In this document: positions 36,901 through 49,100 of the stretch, piece by piece
Layout: the number at the start of each line of letters is the position of its first letter
Position numbering within the stretch: position 1 is the stretch's first letter
Assembly (NCBI GenBank): GCA_000708835.1
Contig: DF236969.1
Span: 186,001-250,000, forward strand
Direction of reading: 5' to 3'
DNA from: Klebsormidium nitens
Lineage: Eukaryota; Plantae; Klebsormidiophyceae
Length of the DNA: 64,000 nucleotides
Position numbers and translations under genes: made by a program
Notes under the pieces: model-generated
What the model was told of the DNA's origin: nothing
Databases searched by the model: none
The model's input: the letters and a program-made list of their open reading frames with translations, nothing else

Positions 36901-38143
36901 ACGGCTGTGAGAGATCCCAAAAGCTCGATCAGCAGCTGATTGCATGTTGCGTAACACTCACAGAAAAAGAATTGTTCATGTCTCTGCTTAAACTCCTCAC
37001 AAACGAGGGTACAATAGCCAGCAGTGAAAAGTCAGATGAAAACTTATACGAGTACATTTATGTGAAAGAACTGGTCCCTGCTTCTTTTGAAAGTATACAG
37101 ATCCAGTATGTTACCAGGCCGCCGGCGGGGCACCTCCTGTTAGGGCTCCCAGAGGAGAGGCGTGTAGCGCTCACATATTTCCCGTATCCACCAGCGAATC
37201 CCCTATAAAGAACGACAAAGACACGTCAGCAATATATGCTTCTTTCTGAGTTCTATGCTGTCCTCGAGGTGTCGCTCGTCAAGCAATCAGAAATCATCGT
37301 TTAATAAGACTCATAGGCGCTCACGCGAATCAGCCCTAAACTTGCAACCACCTTCCGTGTTTGCTTCTGACAGGGAGGTTGCGGTAAGATCAATCACAAG
37401 ATCCTTTTCACGCGCATAAGCAGTCTAAATCGATGCTGGATGATAAGAGCGATGACCATGTGTCTTCGTCTCAGCGTTCAACTTCCATTTTCAGTTGTTT
37501 CTCCTTATGGCTGCTATAGCTAACGTAGAAATGTTTCAAAAATTGCAGACAAGTTGGTTGACCAAGCCAAGCTCCTTGATCTGACGATTCTCCAGTTCCA
37601 ACCAGATATCCGCCAAATACAGCCGTACAACAGTGGGGCACTGGTAATGGCGGAGCACAAAATGATCACATCAAACGTGATTCCCAGCTGATACATTGGT
37701 CTGATCATGCCACCATGACGTGACGCTTTATCTACTTGCTGCTTATTACCACCATCCAATAACTGCCAGAGGGCGTTGTAAAAGTGAAAGCAGGAAAAAC
37801 GGAATGTCAGATCAGCTGAAGCCTTCTGCATATGCTACCGTGTGCACCGACATGAACTATATTGTAAAGAAAACTCACCAAACACAAACAGAGCTGGGAA
37901 AACTGGATAGACCAGGCTTGCTTTATAGACAAAGCCATTTGCAGTCGCATTTAGGGCGACCGCTGGCCCTGGAGATTGGGAAGTATTTGCCGCACTCTGC
38001 AGCAGCCTCCTTCCTATGCCGGAAGACGTTTCCACTGCCTCACCAGGCGTGGCACTGCGTTGATAAAAGTTGAGGCTGAAGGCGGGCAATGCGCAGGAAA
38101 AGACGATAAGAACTGCAAAGAAGTGTATGCGAGGTGCCCCCAT
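33929..38143 (-). CDS. GDSL/SGNH esterase-lipase with N-terminal signal peptide, 7 exons
   Basis: Exons 38143-37879, 37202-37175, 36762-36688, 36281-36098, 35746-35525, 34946-34697, 34170-33929. All SGNH blocks are present: FVFGDSLVDTGN, TGRPCNG...GANFASAGSG, GGND, CCG...FWDGLH. Hydrophobic N-terminus MGAPRIHFFAVLIVFSCALPAFS. Confidence 0.93.
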
Positions 38144-40107
38144 AGTACTTTTATGAAGTTTTGATCTCTCCGCTTTTGATTGCCCCCTCATACCGATGTT
38201 GACCGGATCTAGCTTCTTCTGGCAGGCGTTTTGCCCGCATTGCAAGCTCTTCAACCACTCTAGATAGTCAACCTCGATCTTGCTCAGCTGCTCCACACCA
38301 AATAGAATGTCCTCCCCCTTGGAAGTTTTGCGATGTAGGGTTTAGTATGGGGTTTAGAGTTTTTCTTTTTCGAAGCAGGAATCTGCTGGGGTTGGTAGAA
38401 GGTTAGTCGCTCAAGTTTCGATCTCGGTCAACCCGGTCAACCCGGTAAGGGTTTCGACCAATAGGATCACGCATAAAAATGCCTTTGCCATTTCGGAACA
38501 TGTAGCTTCCCTCGATCCCTCGGGGATCCCTCTAATATCGTAGCAATGCCTTTGCAGGACACGAGCGTTGCTCATAGGACCACACGGAGGGCACCCCTTT
38601 GCCTCCTTCCAAGCCGAAAGAAGCGGTGGACGTCCAAGCCGTTCGAGGAGCAGTCCCGTCCAATTCGAATCCAGCGTCGACAGGGCGTCCACTGAAGGAG
38701 AAAGATAGGACATCGCGTGAGTTGATCTCCTGTTGATTTGAAGAAGCCTCTTTCTTGGCGGGGGCCGTCCTTGAATGCTCGAGTAGGAAAAGCCCAGAAT
38801 GCAGCTTCGAGCCCCGCTGCCTCGATGATGATTTATAAGGTTCTATTAGTCTTCATGATTGTCGCACATGTCGTCAAGACTTGGTCAAGACATATTCAAC
38901 ATGTTCGCCCTGCTTGAACACGTGTCTCTTTGGGATTACTTCTATCAAAGCGAGATTTCACATTCTGAGAGTAAAGGTGGTATGAACTTAGCCTTATCTG
39001 TGGCTCGTTAAATGGTGATGCACTGAGGCGCATCAAAGTAAACCGAGGGGCAGCAGAAGCGTCTTCAGCTGTCCAGAATTGCCAGCTGGCTAATCCGCTC
39101 CAAAATGCGGACGGTACTATTTAGGATCTAAGCATGCTGAACGGGGATGCAAGACGGATTCTATACAGCTTGGACAGGTCAACATGCTCAAAAGCTCGAT
39201 TGGTTAGTATGATACGGCCGAGGTATGACTGCTTGTTCTGTGACTGTACGGCAACAAGCTGGTATAGAACATGAGGCTCCTAGTTGGTTAGTGATTGAGT
39301 CCGAAGTGTTACCATAACGGTATCAGGAGGAAACAAGCAATCGGAACTTCGATTGCACATTGAAGCAAGCAGTGAGAGGATTCATCTTCTGTGTTGAAGT
39401 TGCGTATGGTGACCCCGCAATTTGACGACGTTCAGCTCCATGTAGTCAGATGCATGCGCTCCGACTTACAAACATGTCACAGGTCGTCGGTATACCGGCC
39501 AAGGATCAAACTTACGATCATTGCATGAAATCAAAGACAACTTAGGTCGACAATCTCAGCTGTTCTTCGCGGATCCTAAACTCAATAATTCAGTTATATC
39601 TGAAGTAATGATTGGAACTCGGGACTGCACATGTGCCGTACGTTCGAACCATGCGCGCATGCGCATGCATGAGGTCGCCGGAAGTAGCCGCAACAATCGA
39701 GGATGGGTCAGGAGGTCGCAAACTAGAAGCTGGATAAATGAAAGTCTAAGGGTTCCTCAAACGTATCCTCGAGCTGGCGGCATGATCGATCGGATCACTC
39801 AGGCTACAACATCATGGATTCATACACGGCACGGTACTTAAATACGCATCATTAGGCTGAGATACATGCTTTAGATTGCGAGTAGCCGGTTGGTACTTCA
39901 AGCATGGCGCTTGCAGAGCAAGTGGCATGCTCAACCGGATATTGTTGCAAACGAGAGCACGACCAGACAGGTTGAATTCATCCTTCACTGCTCGCTTGAG
40001 CGGGACCTCTCAAATGTTCGCTCCCGCCCAGGTTCAAATGCGGTCTTCCAGATACAACGAAACGACACAGACAGACTTCTCCAGCTTCACTTTCAGGCAT
40101 GTGTTCA

Positions 40108-43100
40108 TCATCTTGTAGATGGTTCGGGATCCGGCTCATCAGCCTCACTATCGCCTCCGTCTTCCTCCTCGTCCTCCTCTTCCTCTTCTGACTCTTCTTC
40201 CCCTGCCTCTCCGTCCTCGCTTTCACCTTCCTCATCGACCTCCTCTTTTGCCCCACTGTCACTAGCCTCCTCTTCGTCCATTTCCTCTTCACTTTCTCCT
40301 TCCTCCTTCTCTTTCTCCTCGCTGTCGGGCCGGGCTGACGTCTCCCTTTGCTCCCCCCCTTCCTCCTCGCTTTCGTCGTCGATGACCCAGTCCTCCCCTC
40401 CTGCCGCTGGCGGCACCTCACCAGCTCCGCTTTCAACAACCCAGGTCGGAACTTTCTTTCGCTGGCCTCGACCGAGAGTCTCGTCCTCCCGCATATCTGC
40501 CAAACCCCCTCTTCCAGAGCCCCGCTTGCCCCTCTCCACCGGCACTGCGGCCAGCTCATCCGCCTCCCTGTCGAGCTCCTTCCCCGCACCTCGGCCCGGG
40601 CCCCTTCCCCGACCCCCTCCCCTGCCTCGTCCCCTCCCTCTTCCTCTCCCCCGGCTGCCCTCCCCCCCCCGCTGCCCGCCCCGATCTGTCCGTGAGTTCC
40701 GGGCGCCTCCAAGATCTGAGTTGGCAGCTCGAACGGCTCTTTCGCAGGCGAGTCAAGGGCCGGCCAGACCCTGCCCCGCCCTCTTCCCCTGCCCCCCCTC
40801 CTTCCACCTCTCTTACCCCCTCTTTTCAAGCCACTGCCCGGCGGCCGTCCAATCCTCTTCTTCCCGAGAAGAGGGCTCACTTTCTTGGAAGCCATGCCAG
40901 GAAGCTTGCCGGAAGGCTGACCAGGACCCGGGACGTGCTCTGCTCCCGCAGGGGGTACCGACAGCAGCAAAGAAGCGGGCAACTCCCACCCCCCGAAAAG
41001 GTTCTCCTTTTTCCCGTCCCCCTGCCCAACCAGACTCCGCAAATCGTTCTCCTTGTCGTATAAGAGCGCGCCGTCGAACGCCAGCAGCCGGAGTGCGACC
41101 GCCGCCGTCGTGCGGGGCAGCCAGGGCAGCACGGAGGGCCCGCTTTTCTCTCCTGGGAGGGCCGCGCTACCCCTGTTGGGTGCCCCCCGGCTGAGGATCT
41201 CGCTCGTGGTTTCGAACGATGGGGCGAGACCTCCGCTAGAGCGCATGACCACGCCCTCTATTTCCGCGAGCGCTTCTAGCAGGTCCAGGGGGGTCGCCGC
41301 GCGCTTGACCTGGTTGGCCCACCGGTCGCGGTTCTGCTCCATCCACACGTTGTCCACGTACTCCGCAGGGATTGTCGCCTGGCACAACGAAAGCGGGAGC
41401 ACAGCTTACTGGGCCGTCCTTCGAACTTTTAAAGATAGTGACTCGGAAGTGACTGGATGTGTATGTTCGGCTTTCACTCCCATGAGCTCCTAATGCTCAT
41501 AAGAAGCCAAGAAGCCGCTTCTCTCCGATCTCGGGCTGAAGTTACAGATCTCCCTTCAAAGTTTAGGTTTGAGAGTTGATAATAGAGAAAACACATTTCA
41601 AAGGCTTGCAAATAGAAAGCGTCCATCCAAACATTCTTTTCAGGCCCTGATTTCTACACCTGGCACAGAAATCTCACCGCCAATGAGGGCTTCAACAAGC
41701 TAGGAAAGCGGCAGCCTTACAGCAGACCAGCATAACAACCAGGAACCCTTCATGTAGAACCAAGCGTCCCGACCAACCAAGAAATTAGAACTCTCACGTC
41801 GTCACGACAGCCCTCACCTCCACATCCATCAGTTCCGCTTTGATCTTCTGTATTCTGGGGGTGGGCCTCTCCAGAGGCGCGAATCGCGGCCAGTCCGGGT
41901 CGCCCGCTTTTACCTTCTCCTCGCACTGCTCCAGATGCTGCGTCCACGCCTCGAGCGAGATCGCGGTGTGCTCGTGGGTGACGTGGCAGAACTCGCAGTG
42001 CCGCTCCTCCTTTGGTCGCAAGACCTCCTGCAGGGGTGAGCGATTGTCAGACTGGAGGGCTTCTGATTTGGAGCGCAGTAGTAACATCCGGGTTGACAAA
42101 TTTTAGTGGAGTGAGTCATCAGAAAGACCATTTTTGTCTTCTGAGTTTTGCCGCGGGGACCAGTCTGGCCATATCGTAATGTCCATTGTGAAGGCGCTAC
42201 GTGTCCAAGTCCTGTTCAAGCCGGGTGCTTTGAATGGGGAGAAGCAGCGTTTGGACCATGTCCGGTCGAGTCCGAAAGGTGGATAGCGGGAAGCGCCGCT
42301 AGGACTCGTTAACAACAACTGAAGAAATATCTGTCTCAACGTATCATCGATCCGGCAGAGACTGAACGTAGAAGTTTAAAATGCAGACGTCCAGTAAAAA
42401 CTCTCAGCAAAGCGAAAATATCAGGACACGACGCATTCGGCACGCCACACGTATGCAACCACGCCTTACCTGACAATACTCGCACCGGTGAAGCTTCTCC
42501 GAGAGCCCCGTCTCCTCGTCCAGGATCTTCCCCGCGCGCGTCTTCACGTCCCACAGATATTTCTCCGCCTCCTCAAACCTCGCCAAAACCTCCGACCCCT
42601 GCCGTTGCAAGCTCAACGCGCCCTCGGCACCCTCCCGCTTCTGCAGCTTCCGAGACGGACCGAGCGCGCCGCCCTCCGGCCCCTGAGGGGGATTCCCCAG
42701 CACCCGGAGGAAGACTGTCGGGGGCTCGATCGGCGTGGTTGCCACCGGCCCCGAATGGTAGAAATACGGTTCCGCAACTCCCCCGAAAGCCTGGCTCTGA
42801 CGCCCCGCTGACAGAACTTGAGGGTGCAAAACGACGGCGCCAGGACTCTGCATCGCACCGTATGGGGCGCCGGAGGGGGGGAAGGAGAAGCGCCCGGCGG
42901 GCAAGGGCTGAGGCCCCCCGAAAAAGGGCTGCTGGTGGGGCCAGTTTGCGGTAGGGGAGCGCAGCGGCGGAGAGGCGAGCGTGGGTCGAAAAGCCGAGCT
43001 GGGCCGGCCGCTGGGGAGAGCTGGGCCGCCCACGTTGCTCAGGAACCGGTTCAGTCTCTCGAGCTCCTCGTACTGCGCCCGGGCGACTTGGGCGTGCAGC

Positions 43101-46100
43101 GGCTCTTCGGGCAGAGGGTTTGCAGGTCCCGAGAAATGGGCGGGGGGGGGCTGCGGGGACCGGTTCTCCGCGAAAGGCCCCTGCAAAGGGAGGGGTTGCG
43201 CGGAGCGATTCTCGAGGAACGGTCCCTGAGACATGGGGATGGGCCTCGCCAAGGACTGGGCGGTTAGGATTTGGGGGGACCGATTCTCTGCAAAGGACCC
43301 CTGAGACACGGGTACAGGCCTTGTTGACTGGCCCGCAGCATCTACAGCGAGCGGCCAGGATCTGGGGCCGGGCTGCATTTGGGAAAACTTTGCCTCAAAT
43401 GGGGAAGAGGGTTTTGAGGGGCCAGTTTGATGCTTGTTCTCTTCGTTATGGGGGGCCGAGTGGTGAGCATGCGCTTCCGCAGCTCTGAACGGACTGTGCA
43501 CTGAAGGAGGAGCCGGGAGGGAACTGGTTGTTGGCCCCTGGAAAGCATGTTCAACTGGCATCCGATCCTGGGGCGAACTGATTTGTCGCTCTGGAAGGCT
43601 CTGCCAGTCGGGTTGCCTCGCTTGTGTCTGCTGCGCGGGTTGGAACGGGCTCTCGGTCGGCAGTCGTTCGCTTCCTGGACTGTCTCTCCTTGACGAGAAT
43701 GCCGAATGATGCTGTTGGAAAGACGGGGGCCCGTCCACTGCGGGGCTTTGAAACCTGAGGCCGCCCCCAAACGGTGAGAACGCACTCGGCGAGGCCGTCA
43801 CGGGTGACCTCAACTCTCGAGAGCCTTGCAAAGACTCCGCCCGTCTCTGCTCCGCCTCTCCTGCGCTCCCCTGCCTTTGCGGCGTTGGCTGTGCCCCTCC
43901 CGCCTGAGGCCCCTCCGTTCTGCTCTGGGGGGGTATTTGGAGCACGGGTCGAGTCAGTGGCTGCATTCCCCCACCTTGCCGCAAAAACTGGCCCGAACCA
44001 CCCCGCATGCCCCGCTCTGCGGACCCCGCCACAGCCAGCCGTGGCGGCAAGCCCCGGCCGTTCTTGCGCATTCCAGTCCGGATACGCGGTCCCAGCCGCC
44101 GCAAGCTCTCTAACAGTGCCGCTTCTCTTCGACCGCGTGCGTCCAGACAACCCAGTAGGGCCTCCAACCCAGCTTCCGAGTCAATCGACTCCCAGTGCCA
44201 GTCTTCCGCCGATTGGAAGTAGATCCGTCCGGTGTACGGACCCGCATCGCTTGCCCCGCTCGGCTCGAACAGAAAGTACCGGTTGTGCCGGCGATCCCTC
44301 CCGATCTCGAGCCCTCTGATCGCGTTTTCTTCCTCGCATTTCCGCAAGAGCTCGCCTCGCTGGCTCCTCGACTGAATCGGCTCTTCCTTCTTGCCCGCCT
44401 CCCCCACATTTACCTCCCCCCCATTCTGCTGCTTCTTCCGCTCGGCCCACATCTGCCGGCGCAGCGCCGCCGTCACTTCAAAGCGCTCCTCGAGCGCCTC
44501 GCGGATGATCTCCGTGTCGTTCACGGCGTTCACGAGCGCTCCCAGCGCCTCCAACCGTTCCGCCACGCTGAGACTCGAGTAGTCCGACCGCAACAGCGCT
44601 TGCACGAACGGCGCGCCTTCGTTCACCACCTCTCCCAATGTCTCTTCCTCCTCCTCGAGGTCCTCTTCATCCTCCTCTTCGCTCCCTTCCTCCTCCTCGT
44701 CGCAATCTAGGCTTTGCACCTTGGTTTCGACACCGATGCCAGCACCGTTCTCTAGTTTTGCGTCCTCTTTCGACTGGTCCTGGAGCTCAGGCCCCTCTTT
44801 CCGCGACTTTACTTCGCCACCCTCCCCTTCCAACTGAGGCCCCTCGTGAACCCGGCTGAGCGCATCCTTCCTCACCGTTTCGCTCTGAACCTTGCCCCCG
44901 AGAAGCTCGTCACTTTCGCCCTTCTTTACACCATCCGCTTCCAGTTCCTCGGCCGCCGGAACCCCGACCTCCTCTAAATCGGCGGCCGTGCCCTCAGACA
45001 GAGCAACTTCCGCCTCGGTGCCCGGTTCGCATTCTTCGCCCTCTTCCTCGCCCTCCTCTTCGTCTGCCTCCTCCACATCACCGAGCGCTCTCTGGAGCAT
45101 GGTGCTGGCTGACCGCCGGTACGCTGCTACCAGCCGGTACCGGTTGGTGCCAACGACGCCCCCAACGCGCGAAAAGCACGAGTCCCGCAGCGCACTCACG
45201 ATTGTGAAGTCGGCCGACTTGTGCTCGCTCAGGTCCTTCAGCCCAGCCTCCTGCAAAGTCATACGGAATAAGAGTTTCGAACAAGTCAAGCGGCGCGCAC
45301 GCTTTGAAGAATTCAATCGGTTTGTAGAGATCACAGATTAAGAGGGTCCTAGAACGACGACTCGTCCTCTTTAGATCCGAACCCGTTTTCCAGGCCAACC
45401 GAATTTAGAGCTGCCCTTGGACAGTGCTGACAGCAAATTGTCCAAAAACGGGCTTCCAGAAGAATCCGGTTTCAATCCGTTCACCACTCCAGCAGCACCG
45501 TCTTGGCTCGGCGATGATATCAAGATTCGTCTCCTACCCTCAATCGTTCCACCAACAAGAAGCACCTGGAAGCAGTCAGAAGAAGGTGATTGACAACGGG
45601 GAACAGCGCTCCTCACCTTGATCTGAGCCACAATTTCTTTGATGGTCAGCCCTGCTGGTCCGGCCTCGGAGAGAACATGGAAGACGGCGTACTTCACAGT
45701 CCCCACTGTCAGGGGCTTGTATGGCTTGCCCTGGTGTCGCCCCCTCTTTTGAGACCGTCCTGCCTTCGAAGCTCTTGCCTTTCGCCCGTCAATCTGCATC
45801 CAGTATGGTTGTGTCAGCGTTAAGAAACAGCTTTAGAAACTCCCTGTCAGGCCTCATTACAGAGGCAGCCGTGCCCCGATAGTTGTTGCCAGATTTAACG
45901 TTCAATGTTCTTCAATTTTTGCCCCCAGAACCAAAAAGTCGCCACCATCAATCAAAAGGTTCGATCGCAAGCACCGGAGACAACTCCGTAACTGACAGGT
46001 CAGCCTTCTTTCAAAATCCTCTTCTTGCCTGAAAGCCCGAAGACGACATGATTAGAAAGACACTAAACAGAATCGTACCTGAGCAATGGCTGCCTCGACC

Positions 46101-49100
46101 GCGGCTCCAGACCTCAAGAGCTCAGCTCCATTTTCCCCGTCGCTCTCATCCTCGAAGCTCTCCTTCTTGTCCGCATACTTCGGCCCCAGCCCAGCGCAGA
46201 TCGCCCACTGCCTCAGAAGCTCGGGCCACGTGAGCGCGTTCAGGTCCCGCCACCACTGCTTCACATCGAAACCCCATTTTGCCGCATGCTCTACTAGGGG
46301 GTGCACTGGAACCAGTGGCGGGAGCCCCCCTTCAGGAACAGGGTAGCTGGCCGCCTCCGCTTCTGCCCTCTCCTGAAACGCCCGTATGTCAGCAGCGACC
46401 ACCCGCAGCAAGCCGATGTGCACCTCGCCGAGAAGCCTGCTGTCAAAGTCGTCCAGGGCGTTCGCTAGCTCCTCAGGTGTGAACGGCCAGAGGCCCAGCT
46501 GTTCCGAGAATGACGTCACGAAGCTCCAGGCCATGAGGAGATTCCCGGTTGCCTCGCAGCTCTCGTCCCAGGGTTCCCCTGTCAGCACCGGCTTCATCTC
46601 GACATTCCGAGGGGGGAACTCATGCATCGCAACCGAGACTTCGTACCCGCCCGACTCGCCTTCCCGGGCTTGCTTCCGCAGCTTCAGATCCCGCCTCTCG
46701 TTCTGTTCTGCGATCTTTTCGGCATACAACACGTCCTCCGAGACGTCGTCGTCCGAACAGTACTCGAACTGCATTCGGACGTCCAGCCCCTGGGCCTTGG
46801 CTGCGGCCTGCAGCTCGCACAGCTCGTCTTCCATCAGTTCGGACGCCTGCCGGGCGGCCCGCTTGGCAACCTCGCGGGCACGAAGCACTCGGGCGCGCTG
46901 CTCCTCGCGAGCTTTGCGGCTTGCCTCCTTGGCAGCTTCTTTTATCCGCTCTTTCTCAACCTGGAGACAGAGAAATTTTGATCAGACTGACTGTCACGCA
47001 GTCCCACATGGCCTGCCTTCGTAGGCAATCCTTGGGGACGTCAAGATTTTTGCACCAGGCAATCCTGAATTTCGTAGCGCCATAAAAGCAGCTTTTCCAA
47101 GTACACTGCTTACAGCTTCAATCTTTTTCAGATTGGATGGACAGAAGGTACACGATGAACGTGACGAACGGCAGATTACGTACCCAAGAAAAATTCTCTA
47201 AGGCGATTGACCATTTGAAAATGCTGCTCAAGACCTGTGAGCTGGCCAACTCGAATAAGAACAACTCGAACAATAAAGGCAAACGAGGGTTACAAAAAGA
47301 AACACAACCCAGCATTCTGACATGCAATCCCAGAACTTACCCGTGCTTCCTCCCTCGCCTTCTCCTTCTCCTTCCGTTCTTCTTCTCTCTTCTTCTCGCG
47401 CTCTTCCCTCTCAGACTCCCGAGCCCGCTCCTTCTGCAGCCTGGCGTGCTCCCTCTGCTCCAGGATACGGCGCTTTAGAGCCTCCCTCCGCATGGCCTCT
47501 TCTTGCTGCACGGCCGGGCGCGGGGTCAGATCTGTTTGCAATTGAACTCCACTTCCTCACAATGACGATGCTGACGTAGTTGCGTCGGAGAAAGCCCCTG
47601 GGAACACCATCCGAGTCTTTGAGGTGTCTCCTAAGATCTGACAGGAGTCCAATCATTGCTCAGGATGTTTTTCCATTATCAGCAAAACATTTCCGATAAT
47701 CAGCAGTCACCTACACATGGTTATTACAAAGTTGAAAAGGAGTGTACGGTATTCTTTTGGACAGCGCTAAAGGTCTGGCGTGCGATTGTCCCTGCCCAAT
47801 TGCCAGAGACTGCGGCAGTGTAGAAAGACGTACCTTCTTCTCTGCAAGTGCTTGCCTCTCGAGTTCCCGCTTCAGGAACAACCGGCGCCGTTCCTCTTCC
47901 TTTGACAGCAGCCCTTCCTCACTCTGCACAGGACGTACGGACTCTTTCTTGGTATTGAAACAAGTACAAACAGCGTACGGTTCAAAAGGCGGATAATTTC
48001 ACAAGTGACAATCCACATTTCTACCAGATCGACCGACAGAATACGAATACTATTGTCACTTAGCCCTTTCAGACACATAACCAACGTCACGATAAGCGCA
48101 GTATTTGAGCGGATCTGTTTCTGGAAGCAGACAGTAGGGCCTTTGAGTCAGATTCATTATCATGATAGGTTCATCTCGTCCAAGAACGAGAAAACACTAA
48201 GTCACCTTCCGCCTCTTCTCTGCATTGTATGCCTCCACATCCTCTCCTTGCAGGACCCTCTTGGCCCCACCTCCCGCCGCGTTCCGCCGCTTCTGTTCAG
48301 CAGCTCGGAGGAGTGCTGTGGATGTTGCCAGAGCCGCCGCCGCGGCCGCTGCCTGTCTGCGGAGCAACTCCAGCTCTTCATCGTGTTCCTCCTCCTGCAC
48401 AGATGATAAACATTAATTGGCAAGCTGGAGTGGAGGGTCCGCAAAGCGATTGTGCATTCTTCCACGAATCTGGTAAACAGAAAATGCATGAAGGCTGCGT
48501 CTTGTTGCCAAGACTTTCAAGCTTGGCAGTCGGGACGGTTTGGCAGCACAGTACGAGTACTACTGTTTCTTTCATCAATATTTGCGAGGGGACTCGTTGT
48601 TCGCAATGATCAGTGCCCTATCTTGCAATCTCAGCACATGTGCACATTGAAGGATTCCAAGCAACCAGATTCGAAACAAAGCTCACCTGGTCCGGATAGT
48701 CTGGAGGCCTTCCCACGGGGATGCCCTGGACAATCGGTGGTTGGCCAAAGTAAGGCTGGCCCTGGACAGGACCCTGGAACATGGCTGAACCATGTGGGAA
48801 ACCGGCCTGGCTCATTGGGTGAGCATATGCCTGGTCAGAGGGCAGGTTCCCATGGTGGATGGGGTAAGCCATGGAAGGGTGCTGGTGCTGCAGGATCGGA
48901 GGCCGCGGGTGTTGCAGAGTCGGAGGCGGCGGGTTCTGCAAGGGCGGAGGTTGTGGGGCCGGGGGTCGAGGTGCGAGAGGTCGGAGAGCAGGGCGATCGT
49001 TCCTGGGGGCGACCTTGAGCACCTTGGCTACCTGCCAAAGGAGAAGGTATGCCTGAGCACTGGCAGTAAAAACATTGCAATAGTGCCTGCAGAAAGTAAA

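Noticed and set aside
38144-38296. In-frame upstream ATG adding 51 aa before the GDSL signal peptide
   Set aside because: No recognisable features, and it cannot be distinguished from 5' UTR without TSS data.
38334-38360. AGGGTTTAG/GGGGTTTAG telomere-like words
   Set aside because: Only two degenerate units, not an interstitial telomeric array.
38800-39500. Spacer examined for a transposase or reverse-transcriptase remnant
   Set aside because: No ORF of 60 aa or more in the track, no recognisable TE motif, and no TIR or TSD found by eye.
39890-41194. 434-aa Ser/Pro-rich ORF on +
   Set aside because: Antisense shadow of the purine-rich RLT tail; low complexity with no independent coding signal.
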